Notes: generated by a model not told the origin, from the sequence alone. A DNA stretch of 28,851 bases from Ancylonema sp. (GCA_050230475.1 JBFLGF010000096.1:62001-90851), one strand, 5' to 3'; positions 10,068 through 21,200 are shown, counted from the stretch's first letter. Translations and numbers: made by a program.

Positions 10068-13000
10068 TCAGGTCGCATCGGATCTGTTCCATTTTCCGTA
10101 CAAGTCATAGTGCGCTTCCGTGAGCACCGCCGTCACCAATTGATGCCATTCTGGTTCTCTCTCCTGGATTTCGACCAATGAGGAAGCCTCGTGCGCATCC
10201 GCCTGCACACCCGCCACGTGTACGGTACTCACACATCAGAACCTAAATACAGACAAACACACAAAGACCCCACCACCCCCCCCCCCTTCCCCCTCCCCCT
10301 CCCTTTTCCCCTCCCCCCACCCCCTCCCCTTCCCCCTCCCCCCCCCTGTCTTCACCTCATCAAATGTGAGCAAGATCAAGTTGGCGATCGAAGGCCCTCT
10401 GCTGTCGTCCCATCTGCAGTTAAAACCCACCCCACACCCCTTCACTATTATTTCCCCTTCCGCTTTGTATTGCCCACCCCACCCACCCACACACGTTTTC
10501 TTTCATCGCCCTTCCCCCCCTTTCCCCACCCCTCATCCCCCTTCCCCCCCCTCCTCTGTTCCCCTTCACCTAGTAAGCATCATGTTTTGCATCGTTTTCC
10601 TTTACTCTCCCTTCCCCTTTCCCATTCCTCACTCCCCCCCTCCCTCACTTCTGTTCCCCTTCACCTAGTAAGCGTCATATTCTGCATCGTTTCCTATTAC
10701 CTTCCCTTCCCTGCTGTTCCTTTCTCCTGGTGACCTTCATGTTCTGCATTGTGTTCTTACACTTTCCCTACCCCCCTGTCCCTTTCACCTGGTTCACATC
10801 ATGTTCAGCATCGAGTCCTTATACATTCCCTTCCCCCCTGTTCCTTTCACCTGGTGAGCGTCATGTTCTGCATGGACCTCCACATCCCCTTCCCAGGGTC
10901 CCTCGCCACTTGGTCCCTGGCAGACCTCCCCCTCCACAAATCCCGCACCACATACGCCACCTCCTCCACGTCCACCTCCACCCCCCCCCCCCCCACCCCC
11001 GCCCCCGCCCCCGCCCCCCCAACCCCGAACCTCATCTCCTCCCTCTCCACCAGGCGCCGGTGCATGAGCCCGTAGTGGTCCACGTGCAGCCTGAGCACGG
11101 GCTCATTCCTCACCACCATACCCGCCAGCTGGGTCAACACGTGTGTGGCCATGGCCTGACCGAATATGGCGGGGAGGGTGCCCAGGACGGGGAGGACACG
11201 GACCCTGAACCCTGGAACCGTCTGGTAGTCGATGGGGTTTTGGCCCTGGAAAGGCATCAGTTTCGCCTTGGGTTCCTCTGTGGAGAAGACGACCGGAATC
11301 CCGGATTCCACCCCGTGCTCGCGACGTAACCGGTATCGGACCTGCCACCGCCCAAAAAACAGTGATCCCTCGATATAACGACCCTCGATAGTACGACAAC
11401 CTCTATATAACGATATATGTCGCCGGTTTTTTTTTGTCATGTGTCCCCTTCATATAAATCCTCCATGGAACCACATCCTATGGAGGACGACAACAATTGT
11501 CCGAACCTTTTTGCGTCCTTATATAGAATTATTACTGGTAGATAACCGCCAGGTGTCACCTGGGTATTGATTTCGGGTGGGATGAGGGGAGGGGCTCACC
11601 GATCTCGACAAAGGGTCGACCGCAGACTCGCTGATGTCAGCGATGCGAATCCGAGTGGGGTCTGCGCGCACTCCTGCTCCCATGGCACTTAGAATCGGTA
11701 TACCGCGACGGACACACGCTGCCAACAGGGCCACCTGGCAGCCACAGGGGGTAGTGTTTTTTTTTTTTTCAACGGCATTTTTGACCTTTTTCTTTGAGCA
11801 TCGCTAAATCTCCCAACTCCACCGACCACCACTTTGACCCTTCTTACTGCAGGAGAGCATGCCTTCGCCATTTTGAATTGATGTACTTCTGTACTCATGG
11901 TACACTAAGAAACATGTTAACAAGAATACAGTGCACATAGATAGATATCCTGCTCAACTGGTGCTTCTTACTCTTACTCCGTCCGCCAGAAAGAAATCCG
12001 TTTTCAATCACCCGTAGAAACATGCAAGTGCACCATCAAAACATCTGATATCACGTATACCTTACCCCCCACCCCATCCCCACCCCCACCCCCACCCCCA
12101 CCCTCGTCGGTCGGGGATCCCCCCACCTTGGTCTCGATGTTATCAATGCAGTCCAGCACGAAGCTGGGGTTTCCGCTCAGGTGGTGCTCCTCGCTGGCGC
12201 TCTCGAACATGCTCACACGTGCGTCTACGGAAGCTTCCGGGAAGATGCGCTCGAAGTGGTTCCGCAGGCACACGGCTTTCGAGATCCCGACGTCCGCTCG
12301 GTCCGCCACCGCGTGGCGGTTGAGGGAGGAGAGGGACACCTTGCGGCACCAGGGGCACCCGATCTTCAGGTGAAAGCAACATACGGACACTTAATGGCAC
12401 CGCGGGCGGACAATCTTCAGGTGAAAACAACAGAGGAGCCGACCCCAACAGGCCAGCCTTCAACCTCCGATCTCCAACCTCCAGCCCCCTATTCCCACCC
12501 AATCATTCAGTTGAAAACAACAGAGGAGCCGACCCCTTCCGGCTTACCCCCAACCTGCACCCTCCCGCCCCCTCTTGTTCTTTGCACCTGATCGAAGTCG
12601 ATGAGTCTGAGCCTCCCCACCCCCGACCTGAGGAGCATGGTGGCTGCGTGGCTGCCCACCCCCCCCACCCCCACCACCACCACCAGGGCACTGTGGATGC
12701 GCATCTGGCCATAATCACCGAAAAACTGCACGTTCCTGGAAGGTGGGAGGGGGAAGAGGGGAAGAGGGGGTGGGCGTTGTTGCGACTTGGGAACAGTTGG
12801 ACGGTATCATGATGTGGTTTGTCTGTATGCTTTGCGGTGCTGGGGGGGAGATGGAAATAATGGTGGAATGTACGGATGTATAGAAGAATGTTTTGTTTGA
12901 CAGAAGAATGTTTTGTTTGACAGACTGTTCCTGCCGTAAGCAGCAGCTCGTAAGAGAAAAGATCTGTCCAGATCGCACCTCCTCCTCACCTCGTGAATTG

Positions 13001-13682
13001 CTCACTGATGATTTCGTCCGTCTTTGACACTAGTATAGCGGGACCTTGAGGAGGAGAGCCCGTTCCCCCATTAGAATGACCGGAATGCTTTCCTGCCACC
13101 CCCCGACGTGGCAAACATGTTATGACAGCTGTCAGGTCGGAACCACTTGCCTGGAAACGTGTAGCAGCCTTCTTGATGACAGAGCAAGAGACGACATGCA
13201 GACCTGGTCGTGAAGAGCCAAAAGGAGTGCTGTTGGATTGAGGCAACGAGTACGCCTGTTTTGTCGGAGTGGTGGGCGGCGAGCCCCCCAGCGCCATCAT
13301 CCGCCATTTGCGCCACTCACTGTGCCACCCACCCTTACTTTTTCATTTCACTTTTACAGCTGACATGGTGGTCATACTGACTAAACGCTAGCCGACTAGC
13401 GACATTGGTGCTATAAATCCAACCACTTTCTCCACAATCTCCCATTCATTCTATCGGGGAAAAAAAGAGTTTGTCAACGAGCATCGGCAGCCAGGATTAC
13501 AGAATTATCCAAAAAACCCAACAGCCGCGATGGGCACTCAGAAGAAGCAGAAGGAATAACTACCTCCAGCTCCACTGTCTTCGAGGTGCAATGACGTATC
13601 TCCCAACCACAACAGCTATGCATGCTCCCACCGCCACACCAGCGACAAAGATGACAGTATGCGAACCATCAGTGGACGGCAT
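10068..13682 (-). CDS. TCD1: tRNA threonylcarbamoyladenosine dehydratase (TCD1/TCD2/TcdA-CsdL, ThiF/E1-like family), 8 exons, about 510-540 aa
   Basis: GT-AG exons, all in phase: 13682-13564 (MPST...IFVAGVAVGACIAVVVG, hydrophobic anchor); 13319 or 13229 to 12990 (...DEIISEQFTR); 12735-12588 (NVQFFG...VVVVGVGGVGSHAATMLLRSGVGRLRLIDFDQ); 12339-12127 (VSLSSLNRHAVA...FVLDCIDNIETK); 11734-11600 (...SAMGAGVRADPTRIRIADISES..DPLSRS); 11341-10851 (VRYRLRR..GIPVVFSTE..FRVRVLPVLGTLPAIFG..); 10413-10356 (WDDSRGPSIANLILLTFDE); 10202-10068 (ADAHE...TGA). No internal stops. Only the exon-2 acceptor is uncertain. Confidence 0.93.
10554..10875 (-). repeat. Tandem array (5 copies, 62-bp period) of the TCD exon-6 end and its 5' splice site
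   Basis: + strand core ttcacct(a/g)gt..gc.tcat.ttctgcat repeats, with donor-equivalent positions at 10850 (real), 10788, 10726, 10664 and 10569. Confidence 0.85.
11360..11425. mobile_element. Tc1/mariner MITE end inside TCD intron 5
   Basis: CAGTGATCCCTCGATATAACGA plus two degenerate CCTCGATA copies; same TIR family as 5390. No partner end. Confidence 0.55.
12361..12537. repeat. Short dispersed direct repeats in TCD intron 3
   Basis: ttcag(g/t)tgaaaacaacagaggagccgacccc at about 12416 and 12506, and a partial copy at about 12365. Confidence 0.7.
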
Positions 13683-14157
13683 TTCCGTGTCCCGTCCTCA
13701 CCGTCTTCAGATTTAAGTCTCAGTTCATGCACGAACGGTGAGATAATAGACAAGTGAGACAGAATCCCACTGACTGCTAACGGCTATCATGGGACATTCA
13801 CGCTACGACAGGCAAAATCTCAGTACCTTTGGCCCAGGCTCCTGGTGATAACAAGGCAAGGAGCGAACGGCTGACTTGCTTCACTGCCGTCACTCAGCAC
13901 GGAAAAGGCGCAAAGAAGTAAATTTGCGCCGCGCAAACGGCCTCTCAGTGTCATAGTTGGTTCCGCCCCGGGCGAAAAAAAAACGATGGCATGGGCAGCC
14001 GGGTGGGGCGAATCTTTCGGGGCGGCGGTCCTTAATACGGGGCGGAACGAAAATACGGGGCGAAGCCAAAGACCTAAATGCCTTAAACAAAATGAGGAGA
14101 TGTAGTTTCAAATTGTAGTGACTTCTTGGAGATTCCGGCTGCCAGACGCCATACACC

Positions 14158-15483
14158 TAGGGTTGTGAATTTTACATTTATTTATTTTTTACATCACGTA
14201 ATACGTCAATTACCGTTTTTTACGGTAATCTCTCCGTAATCTTACAAATAAAATCGATTTGCTCAATTACGTAATACATGGCCCAAATGGCGATTACACG
14301 TAATATGTAAGGATTTTAATGAGAGTTGTTGGGGGGGGGGTGGGGGGAGGGAATCCCCTGTTGTAGATTGTGTATTTTTTAATCAATATTGAATTTATGT
14401 AGTTTGAATATTATTTGTCCGACATGGACGAAGTTCTCGATGTTGTAACCTAGATGTGTACCAAAATAGCATATCTTCTCCTCTTCTCTTCCCTTTGAAA
14501 TCCGTACACCATATTTTTCCTTTCCACCCATGTTTTAGTGCATCATCTCCCCTCAAGTCCAATTTTCCATTTCTTCCTCAACCTACTTCTAGTGCTACTT
14601 GTGGCCTTTTATCCTTCACAAAATGCAAAATTAGCAACATTTTGTAGCAACATGTAATAACCTATTATAAACTTGTATTGCTATCGTGTTTATATATTTT
14701 TTTGTAACTTACAAAATGTATTTTTTCTTCATTTCAAGGATATACACACACACACACACACACAACAACCACATATTCCAAATAATTAATGACACTGATT
14801 CTCTTCAATTTAATTTTTTTCCCAACAAACAAAATTTAATAAACATATACAAAATATCGTTCGTCCGTCGTCATATCTTCTCTATAAGGATCGTCCTCTT
14901 TTCGTCTTCCAGCCTGGAAGACGAAAATGTCATGGAGATTTTAAGTCATTGCAGTATTCCATCACTGGACTTTCATGGCATCGTCGTCTTACATACCATT
15001 GTTGTCCGCCAGAACGCTGTGACTTTGTTGTCGACTATGAACGAGTAATTAACTTCATTACATTGTAGTCTATTAAAACGTGTATCTACAGCGGAAGTTC
15101 TAGTATGTTATTTCACGAGGTAGATTGTCATGCATTCTCACGCACAGAGAAAGTCGTGTGGGAGAAATTTTTAGGGGGGGAGTGGATGGAGAAGGGAGGG
15201 AGAAGAAAACAAAAACATAAGAAGAAAAAAAAAAACAACAAAACAAAACAAAACAAAATTTGTGGCGTGCCCGAGGTGTCTCAAATTTTATAGGTGTATT
15301 TGTTACATTTTAATCGTCATGACTGTAAATCAGTAATTACCTCAATTACGATTTACATGTAAAATCGCCAGGGCCATCGTCAAATTATATGGGTTTTTGT
15401 TAAATGACGATATTTCGGTAATTCGTAAATTACGGTTGTATTACTTACGCCGAGACCCCGATTACGTCATATTTACAACCCTA
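14158..15483 (+). mobile_element. Non-autonomous hAT element, copy 1 of a tandem
   Basis: TIR TAGGGTTGTGAAT / TAGGGTTGTAAAT. TSD catacacc (14150-14157) / catacgcc (15484-15491). TTACG/CGTAA subterminal repeats. Confidence 0.88.
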
Positions 15484-15491
15484 CATACGCC

Positions 15492-16714
15492 TAGGGTTGT
15501 GAATTTTACATTGACGTTTTTCCTTACCGTACGTTATACGTCGATGACCATTTTTTTACGGTCATCTTACTGTAATCTTACAAATTACATCGATTCGCTC
15601 ATATTCGTAATACATGGCCAAAATGGCGATTACACGTAAAATGTAAGGATCTTGGGTTATTGAATACAAAACAAAAAAATGGTGTGTGGATATCATTTTC
15701 CTTCCGTTTTTTTAATATTTAGTTGGCATATTATTTGTCCAACATGAACGGAGTTACCGATTTTATTATCTAAATGTGTAATAAAATGTTTTGTTTTCTC
15801 TTCCCTTCGAAATCAATACACCATAGTTTTCCTTTCCATGTTATGGCGCATCATCTCCCCTCAAGTCCAATATTCCATTTCTTTCTCAACCCACTTCCAG
15901 TGCTAGATGTGGCCTTTTCTCCTTGACCACATGCAATGTTAACTTTGCATTTTGTAACAACATGTAAAAACCTATAATCAACTTGCATTGCTATCGCGTT
16001 TGCAATGTGTAACTTAAAAAAACATACTTCTGCTTCATTTAACAGATTTATGCACACACAGAAACCACATATTTCAAATAATTCATGGCATTGATTCTCT
16101 TCATATTCATATGTTTTCCAACAAACAAGATTTCATCAAAATATGCAAAATATTGTTCGTCCGTCCTCATATCTTATCTAAAAGTATCGTCCTCCAGCCT
16201 GGAAGACGAAAATGTCATGGGGATTCCAAGTCATTGCGGTATTCCATAAAAAGTATTTCACATCGTCATCAGTCGTCGTCCTACATTATATTGTTGTCCG
16301 CCAGAAAATTGTGACAATGTTGGCGAGTATTTTGTAGGTATCGACTTCATTACATCGTCGTCTATCGTGGTTCTCCAGCGGAAGTCCCAGTATGTTATTG
16401 CACGAGCAAGACAGTAGATTGTGAGGCACTCTCACGCACAGAGAAAGTTGCCAGGGAGAAGGGGGGGGGGGGGGGGGTGGGGGTTAATAAAAATAAAATT
16501 TTGTGGTGTGCCCAAAGTTTCCCCAATGCGCTAGTTGTAATTTTAGAATTTTAGTCAACATGAGTGTAATTAGTAAATACCTCAATTACGGTTACATGTA
16601 AGGCCATGGTCAAAATACATGGTTTTTTTGTAAAATAACGATATTACGGTAATTCGTAAATTTCATATGTATTACTCAGGCCAAAATCCGGATAACGTCA
16701 GACTCACAACTCTA
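15492..16714 (+). mobile_element. Non-autonomous hAT element, copy 2 of the tandem (diverged direct repeat of copy 1)
   Basis: TIR TAGGGTTGTGAA / TAGAGTTGTGAG. Perfect TSD catacgcc (15484-15491 / 16715-16722). Colinear with copy 1 throughout, e.g. catcatctcccctcaagtccaat at 14541 and 15848. Confidence 0.88.
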
Positions 16715-16727
16715 CATACGCCACACG

Positions 16728-17369
16728 TAAGGTTGTGAACGTTATCGTGACGATTACGTTTGACGGCAAAATACGCGTCATTTTGACGCGTCATTACGTA
16801 TACCCTCGGTAAGCTTACGAATTACACGATTCACTACTTATGGTCATGAGGGACCCGGATTTCCGTTACCCCCGGCAAAAGCGTAATGTGAATGTAATCG
16901 CACAAATACCGTACATAACCGTACTTATCATATATTATATATCATATATATAATATATGATATATATTATATATATCATATAATATATATGATATATTAT
17001 ATGATATATAATATATCATATATTTATATGTTATACAAATATATGTACGGTATGACAAATGTACTTCTCCGTAGAAGTACATTTGTTCAACGAGACTTGT
17101 TTTTTTGTAAGACAATACTTCGAAACTTATGGGTAAACATGCGCGATCATTATAACAAACACGAGTCCGAGCTTGTTTGTTGGTTTCTACACGTGTGACC
17201 TTGGAAATCCCGGCTTGATATCTACATTTCGCCGAAGCTTCGTTTTTGAATTGGCCGAGCATAAAGTGACGCTTCCCAAATTACGAATTACGCGGTTTAC
17301 GCGTAATTAGCGTTATTTGGTCGGTAGTTACGGGGGCGAGTTCCCAACTACGGTAATTTCACAACCCTA
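16728..17369. mobile_element. Third hAT MITE of the same TIR family
   Basis: TIR TAAGGTTGTGAA / TAGGGTTGTGAA. TSD gccacacg (16720-16727) / gccacact (17370-17377). Confidence 0.85.
16927..17045. repeat. AT-rich low-complexity / (TA)n microsatellite inside the hAT MITE
   Basis: Almost pure A/T, alternating. Confidence 0.85.
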
Positions 17370-17448
17370 GCCACACTTCATACAGCATCTCTTGTCCATG
17401 AGTGCAACTCCGTGGCGTTGCGTAGCATAATGCGAGAAAAATAACATA

Positions 17449-17785
17449 CCGTACCAGCCAGAGATAACGCGCCAACAAATCGAAAAAATAATTGATAGAA
17501 AATACGCTCCAAACAATTGCGCCTGCAATTTTTTAATTAATTAGTACGCGCCAAAAGTGTGCTCCAGACAAATTTTGAATTAATATTTTTTAACTGCGCC
17601 AGGTGTTTTGGAATATTTTGTATTGGATTTTTGTACTGCGCCAAATTATCGTCGATTTTATTAATTTATTTGCATTAAAAGTATGCGCCAACGTGTTCAA
17701 ATTAATTATTTTAGTACGCGCCAAAAACGTGTGCGCCAGGCAAAATAGTGATTATTTTCCGGCGCGTTATTTGTGGCTGGTACGG
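17449..17785. mobile_element. Tc1/mariner-type MITE
   Basis: TIR CCGTACCAGCCA(G/C)A(G/A)ATAACGCGCC (23/25). TA flanks at 17447-17448 and 17786-17787. Internal GCGCCA repeats. Confidence 0.88.
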
Positions 17786-18431
17786 TATAAACAAATTTAA
17801 ATTGAGAAACACAAAAAAAATGTTACACGAATACAAGCACGTGTACTTATAAATGTTATAATGACTCGAATAATTGTGAGATATGACTTTTAAAAATATG
17901 AACATGATCTACGTGGTGTTGGGGTTCTTTAACCAAAAAGCCTTTAAAAAAACAGGAGCCAACTATGCTATGTGGCCATACTTTATTGCCCTTGTTGCCA
18001 CTATTGTGTGTGTGCTTTTACAAAGGTTATATTCTATGGGATTCATTTTAAAGTACACTTTTGATGATATCAAGTCATCGAAGTTTTATATACTATTAAT
18101 ATGATAGTTCTAAGTTTTATAGTGGGTTCACTATATTGAATGACAGGGTCGTAACTAAATAGTGTACAACATAGTGGGGCAGGAGGAGCTGCGAACGGTC
18201 CAACGGAAGATTCACGAGCGCGTATTGAGGTAAGTGGTATCCACCTGTTGCGTTGCCGATAACATTTTGTGATGTCTAGCTTAAAGAGCATGGATCGCTC
18301 TCATAAAGTTTAATCTAAGTTTTCTATCTTGAGTGTTTCTTTTGTTGAAGTGATCTTGTATTGTCGTGATCTACTTGATTCATGAGTGATTGAGTATTAC
18401 ATAAATCTTGCATAGATAGTAGAATCAAATA

Positions 18432-19213
18432 GTAACACACAACACAAGAGACCACCTTTCGTGAGTCACAAAGATGAGGATTGATATCGGAGCCAAATGA
18501 ACCATACGCAAATCATCAATTGAACAACTTTAAAAAAAAAAAAAAAAAAAAAAAAGAGGGAAGGGCATACAAAAAGATTGCAAAAGAAGACTCATTGCGC
18601 CCCAAAGATTTGCGGGCGCCATCTCTGAGTTACACATCGTGACGCTTTGGTTCGCATAACCTACGCAAACCCAAGGACCACGCGTGAAAAGTCCAGAGTT
18701 CGGATGCAATGAAATGCAACGCTTCAAATTCATAAAGACAAGGTTGAAAGAATGAGACCACTTGCATGAGATGCAAAGGGGTAGGATGGGGGTGGGGGAA
18801 TAAACACAAACTAGTTGCTAGTTGGTTGGTTGCTGTAGTTGGTTTTACCTCGCGACAAAGTCTTGCGATGAAAAGGTTACCCGTGAGAATTTGCAACCCC
18901 TAGTTGTCGAATTTGCGATAGAGCGAAGAATCGTGCTTGAGCTATGCTCTTACTCGTACATGGCCGGAAGAAGAGTAAGAGGAAAGAGTTCATGGAAGTG
19001 ACCCTTTCAATGACACCGATGTCATGATTGCAGTGCACAGACAAACACATAGCATTTAGGTTATCAAAAGGGGGACAAAAGCCGCGGTTTTTACACTGAC
19101 TTTTGAAAGCCAAAGCCACATTAAAAGAACGACGTGCGAAATAAAAAATTATTAGAAGATTAAAACCCGTCATTGTAAATGGTGGGGGGGGGATGTTAGT
19201 TGTTGGTATCCAT
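18432..19213 (-). pseudogene. Sugar transport protein (STP/MST, MFS) pseudogene, 5' half; left arm of an inverted duplication
   Basis: ATG at 19213 (MDTNN*HPPP..YN), then HDIGV...VTSMNSFL..FF, and GYANQSVTMCNSEMAPANLWGAM, matching STP GFANQSVPLYLSEMAP...RGAL. Stops, frameshifts and loss of the exon-1 end. Confidence 0.8.
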
Positions 19214-19890
19214 GAGAGCGAGCGTGGGACTTAAATTGAGTGGTGGGAGGGCGAGAAGGCGAGGAGGGCGAGAAGGGTTGGGAAGGCAGGCCTCAAAAGA
19301 CATTGTGGGCGAAAGAGAGGTAAAGTGGCAAAGATTGAGAGGTTATCTTGCACAGAATGCACCAATCAAGGGCTAGATCACACAGCCGCCCCAAAAATGC
19401 ACCAGTGGTGTAACTTGTCCCGCTGGTCCCTTGGCACATGGTGTATAGACAGGTGTCTCTTTCGAGAGCTCCGGTGCAACGTGCCAAACACCGCCTCCTA
19501 CCTCGCAAGCCAATTATTTTCGGACCATCCGTTGACCTCCATGCCACACTAAGACCCGGTTGGATGTGCTCCACGCCTTGTCAGCCACGTGGCGGCCACT
19601 TACGCGCAATGTGGCTAGCCGGAGCTCTCTAAAGAGACACCTCTCTGGACACCATGTGCCCACGGACCAGCGGAACCAATGGCACAATGGTGCATTTTCG
19701 GGGCTGATGCGTACATTGCCCCTTGATCAGCGCATTATGTGCAAGATAAATGCTCTACTCTCTCACGCACCAGCCTAATTTCTACTTCTTCCCTCCAGAA
19801 TGGTATTTCAAGGCCGACGATCCCAACCCTCCTCGCCCTTCTCGCCTTCTCGCTTACCTACCACACATTTTGAGCCCCACGTTCGTAAAG

Positions 19891-21200
19891 ATGGATACCA
19901 AAGGCCAAATCCCCCCCCCCGCCCATTACAATGGCGGGGTTACAATGTTTGTTTTGATCACTTGTATAGTTGCTGCATCGGATGGCGCTTTATTCGGGTG
20001 AGTTTTCGGACTTGTTTTTTTTTTTTGGGACATTCAGATGTAATCTTTTATTTCGCACGCCGTTTATTTTTTCCGTGGCCCTCGCTTTCACGTTCTAATG
20101 CTCAAATCGCCACTTTTGCCCTCTTTTTTATAACCTGGGTTCTTTGTGTGTGTTTGTGCAATGCAAATATGTCATCGGTGTCACCGGAGGGATCGCATCC
20201 GTGGGTATTTCCTCCGACTCTTCTTTCCGGCCGTGTATGAGTAAGAGAAAATATCGAGCACGTCTTCCTCCTTCCATTGCAAATTTGACAACCAGACTTG
20301 CAATTTTTTACAAGCAGCCTTTTGATTGCAAGACTTGTCGGGATATAAAATCGACAACAACAACCAACAAACTAGCAAACATTTTTTTTTAAAAGGTGCA
20401 TTCTCTCTTCACATCCCCTCCATGTGGCCCTAAGCGTATACATGTCCATCTTCATTTTCATCTGGTTCCATGTTTTCGCTTTTCACCATCGAATGTCTAA
20501 CATTATTTAATCGTGACGTAATGTTTTCTCCGAGTGCATTTTGTTCTCATGTAGCGTCCCGGTTTGCTTGTGCACAAAAAAAATTGGGCGTAAAACGTCT
20601 ACATCAATCTCCGTCTGCCTGTACATCATTAACGTTATCCTCGTCAATCCTGCGCGTGAGTTTGTTTTCCCACTTACCTCATCACCAGCGACCAAATTAT
20701 TTTTCTCGAACTCGTATTCGTGTCGTGTATGCCTAAGGGTTATTCCACCAATGTGCCTCCTCATGCCAGTGGTCTCATTCTTTGAACCTCGAGCTCATGA
20801 ATGTAGAAACATGTTGCACTGCAACCAAACTATGGGTCTTAGTCTTTTGCCGCGTATTTTTTGGGTTTTTGGCGTGGGTTACGCGATCCAAAACTTCACG
20901 TGTAAAGTTCGGAGATGGCGCCCACAAATCTTCGGGGCGCAATGAATCTTGTTTCTCAAGTATTTGATTAACCTTCCTTCCTTTTCGTGTATATGTATTA
21001 AGTGCTTTGATTGATGCAAGTGGTTGGTTTATTTTCGATCTCACTCGCGATCTTTGTGACTCACGAAATATGGTGTCTTGTATTGTGTGTAATTCGGCAA
21101 TTCGCCACCACTTTGGGCATACTAGTTGCTGAGTTTATTGACCTAGAAATGCAACAAATGCCTCACTACGGATGGCGCATATCCGTCGGTTTAGCGGTTT
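19891..21200 (+). pseudogene. Sugar transport protein (STP/MST) pseudogene, 5' half; right arm of the inverted duplication
   Basis: Exon 1 19891-19997 (MDTKGQIPPPAHYNGGVTMFVLITCIVAASDGALFG|GT). Exon 2 from 20167 (YVIGVTGGIAS..FLRLFFPAVYE*..CKFDNQ..FFTSSL). Later FGVGYAIQ, SEMAP..RGAMN and FATTLGILVAE..YGWRISVGLA. Acceptor mutated to CAA, TAA at 20242, frameshifts, about 350-bp insertion at 20381-20736. Confidence 0.85.

Noticed and set aside
10554..10875. Regularly spaced repeats resembling a CRISPR array
   Set aside because: The inter-repeat segments are similar to each other, the repeat equals a spliceosomal exon-intron junction, the context is eukaryotic and there are no cas genes.
10191..11329. 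Long + strand Pro/His-rich ORFs (180 and 199 aa)
   Set aside because: They are antisense shadows of TCD exons and C-rich intron tracts.
19222..19882. Stand-alone fold-back MITE upstream of STP
   Set aside because: The symmetry continues through the ATG, introns and exons on both sides, so it is the core of a gene-scale inverted duplication.
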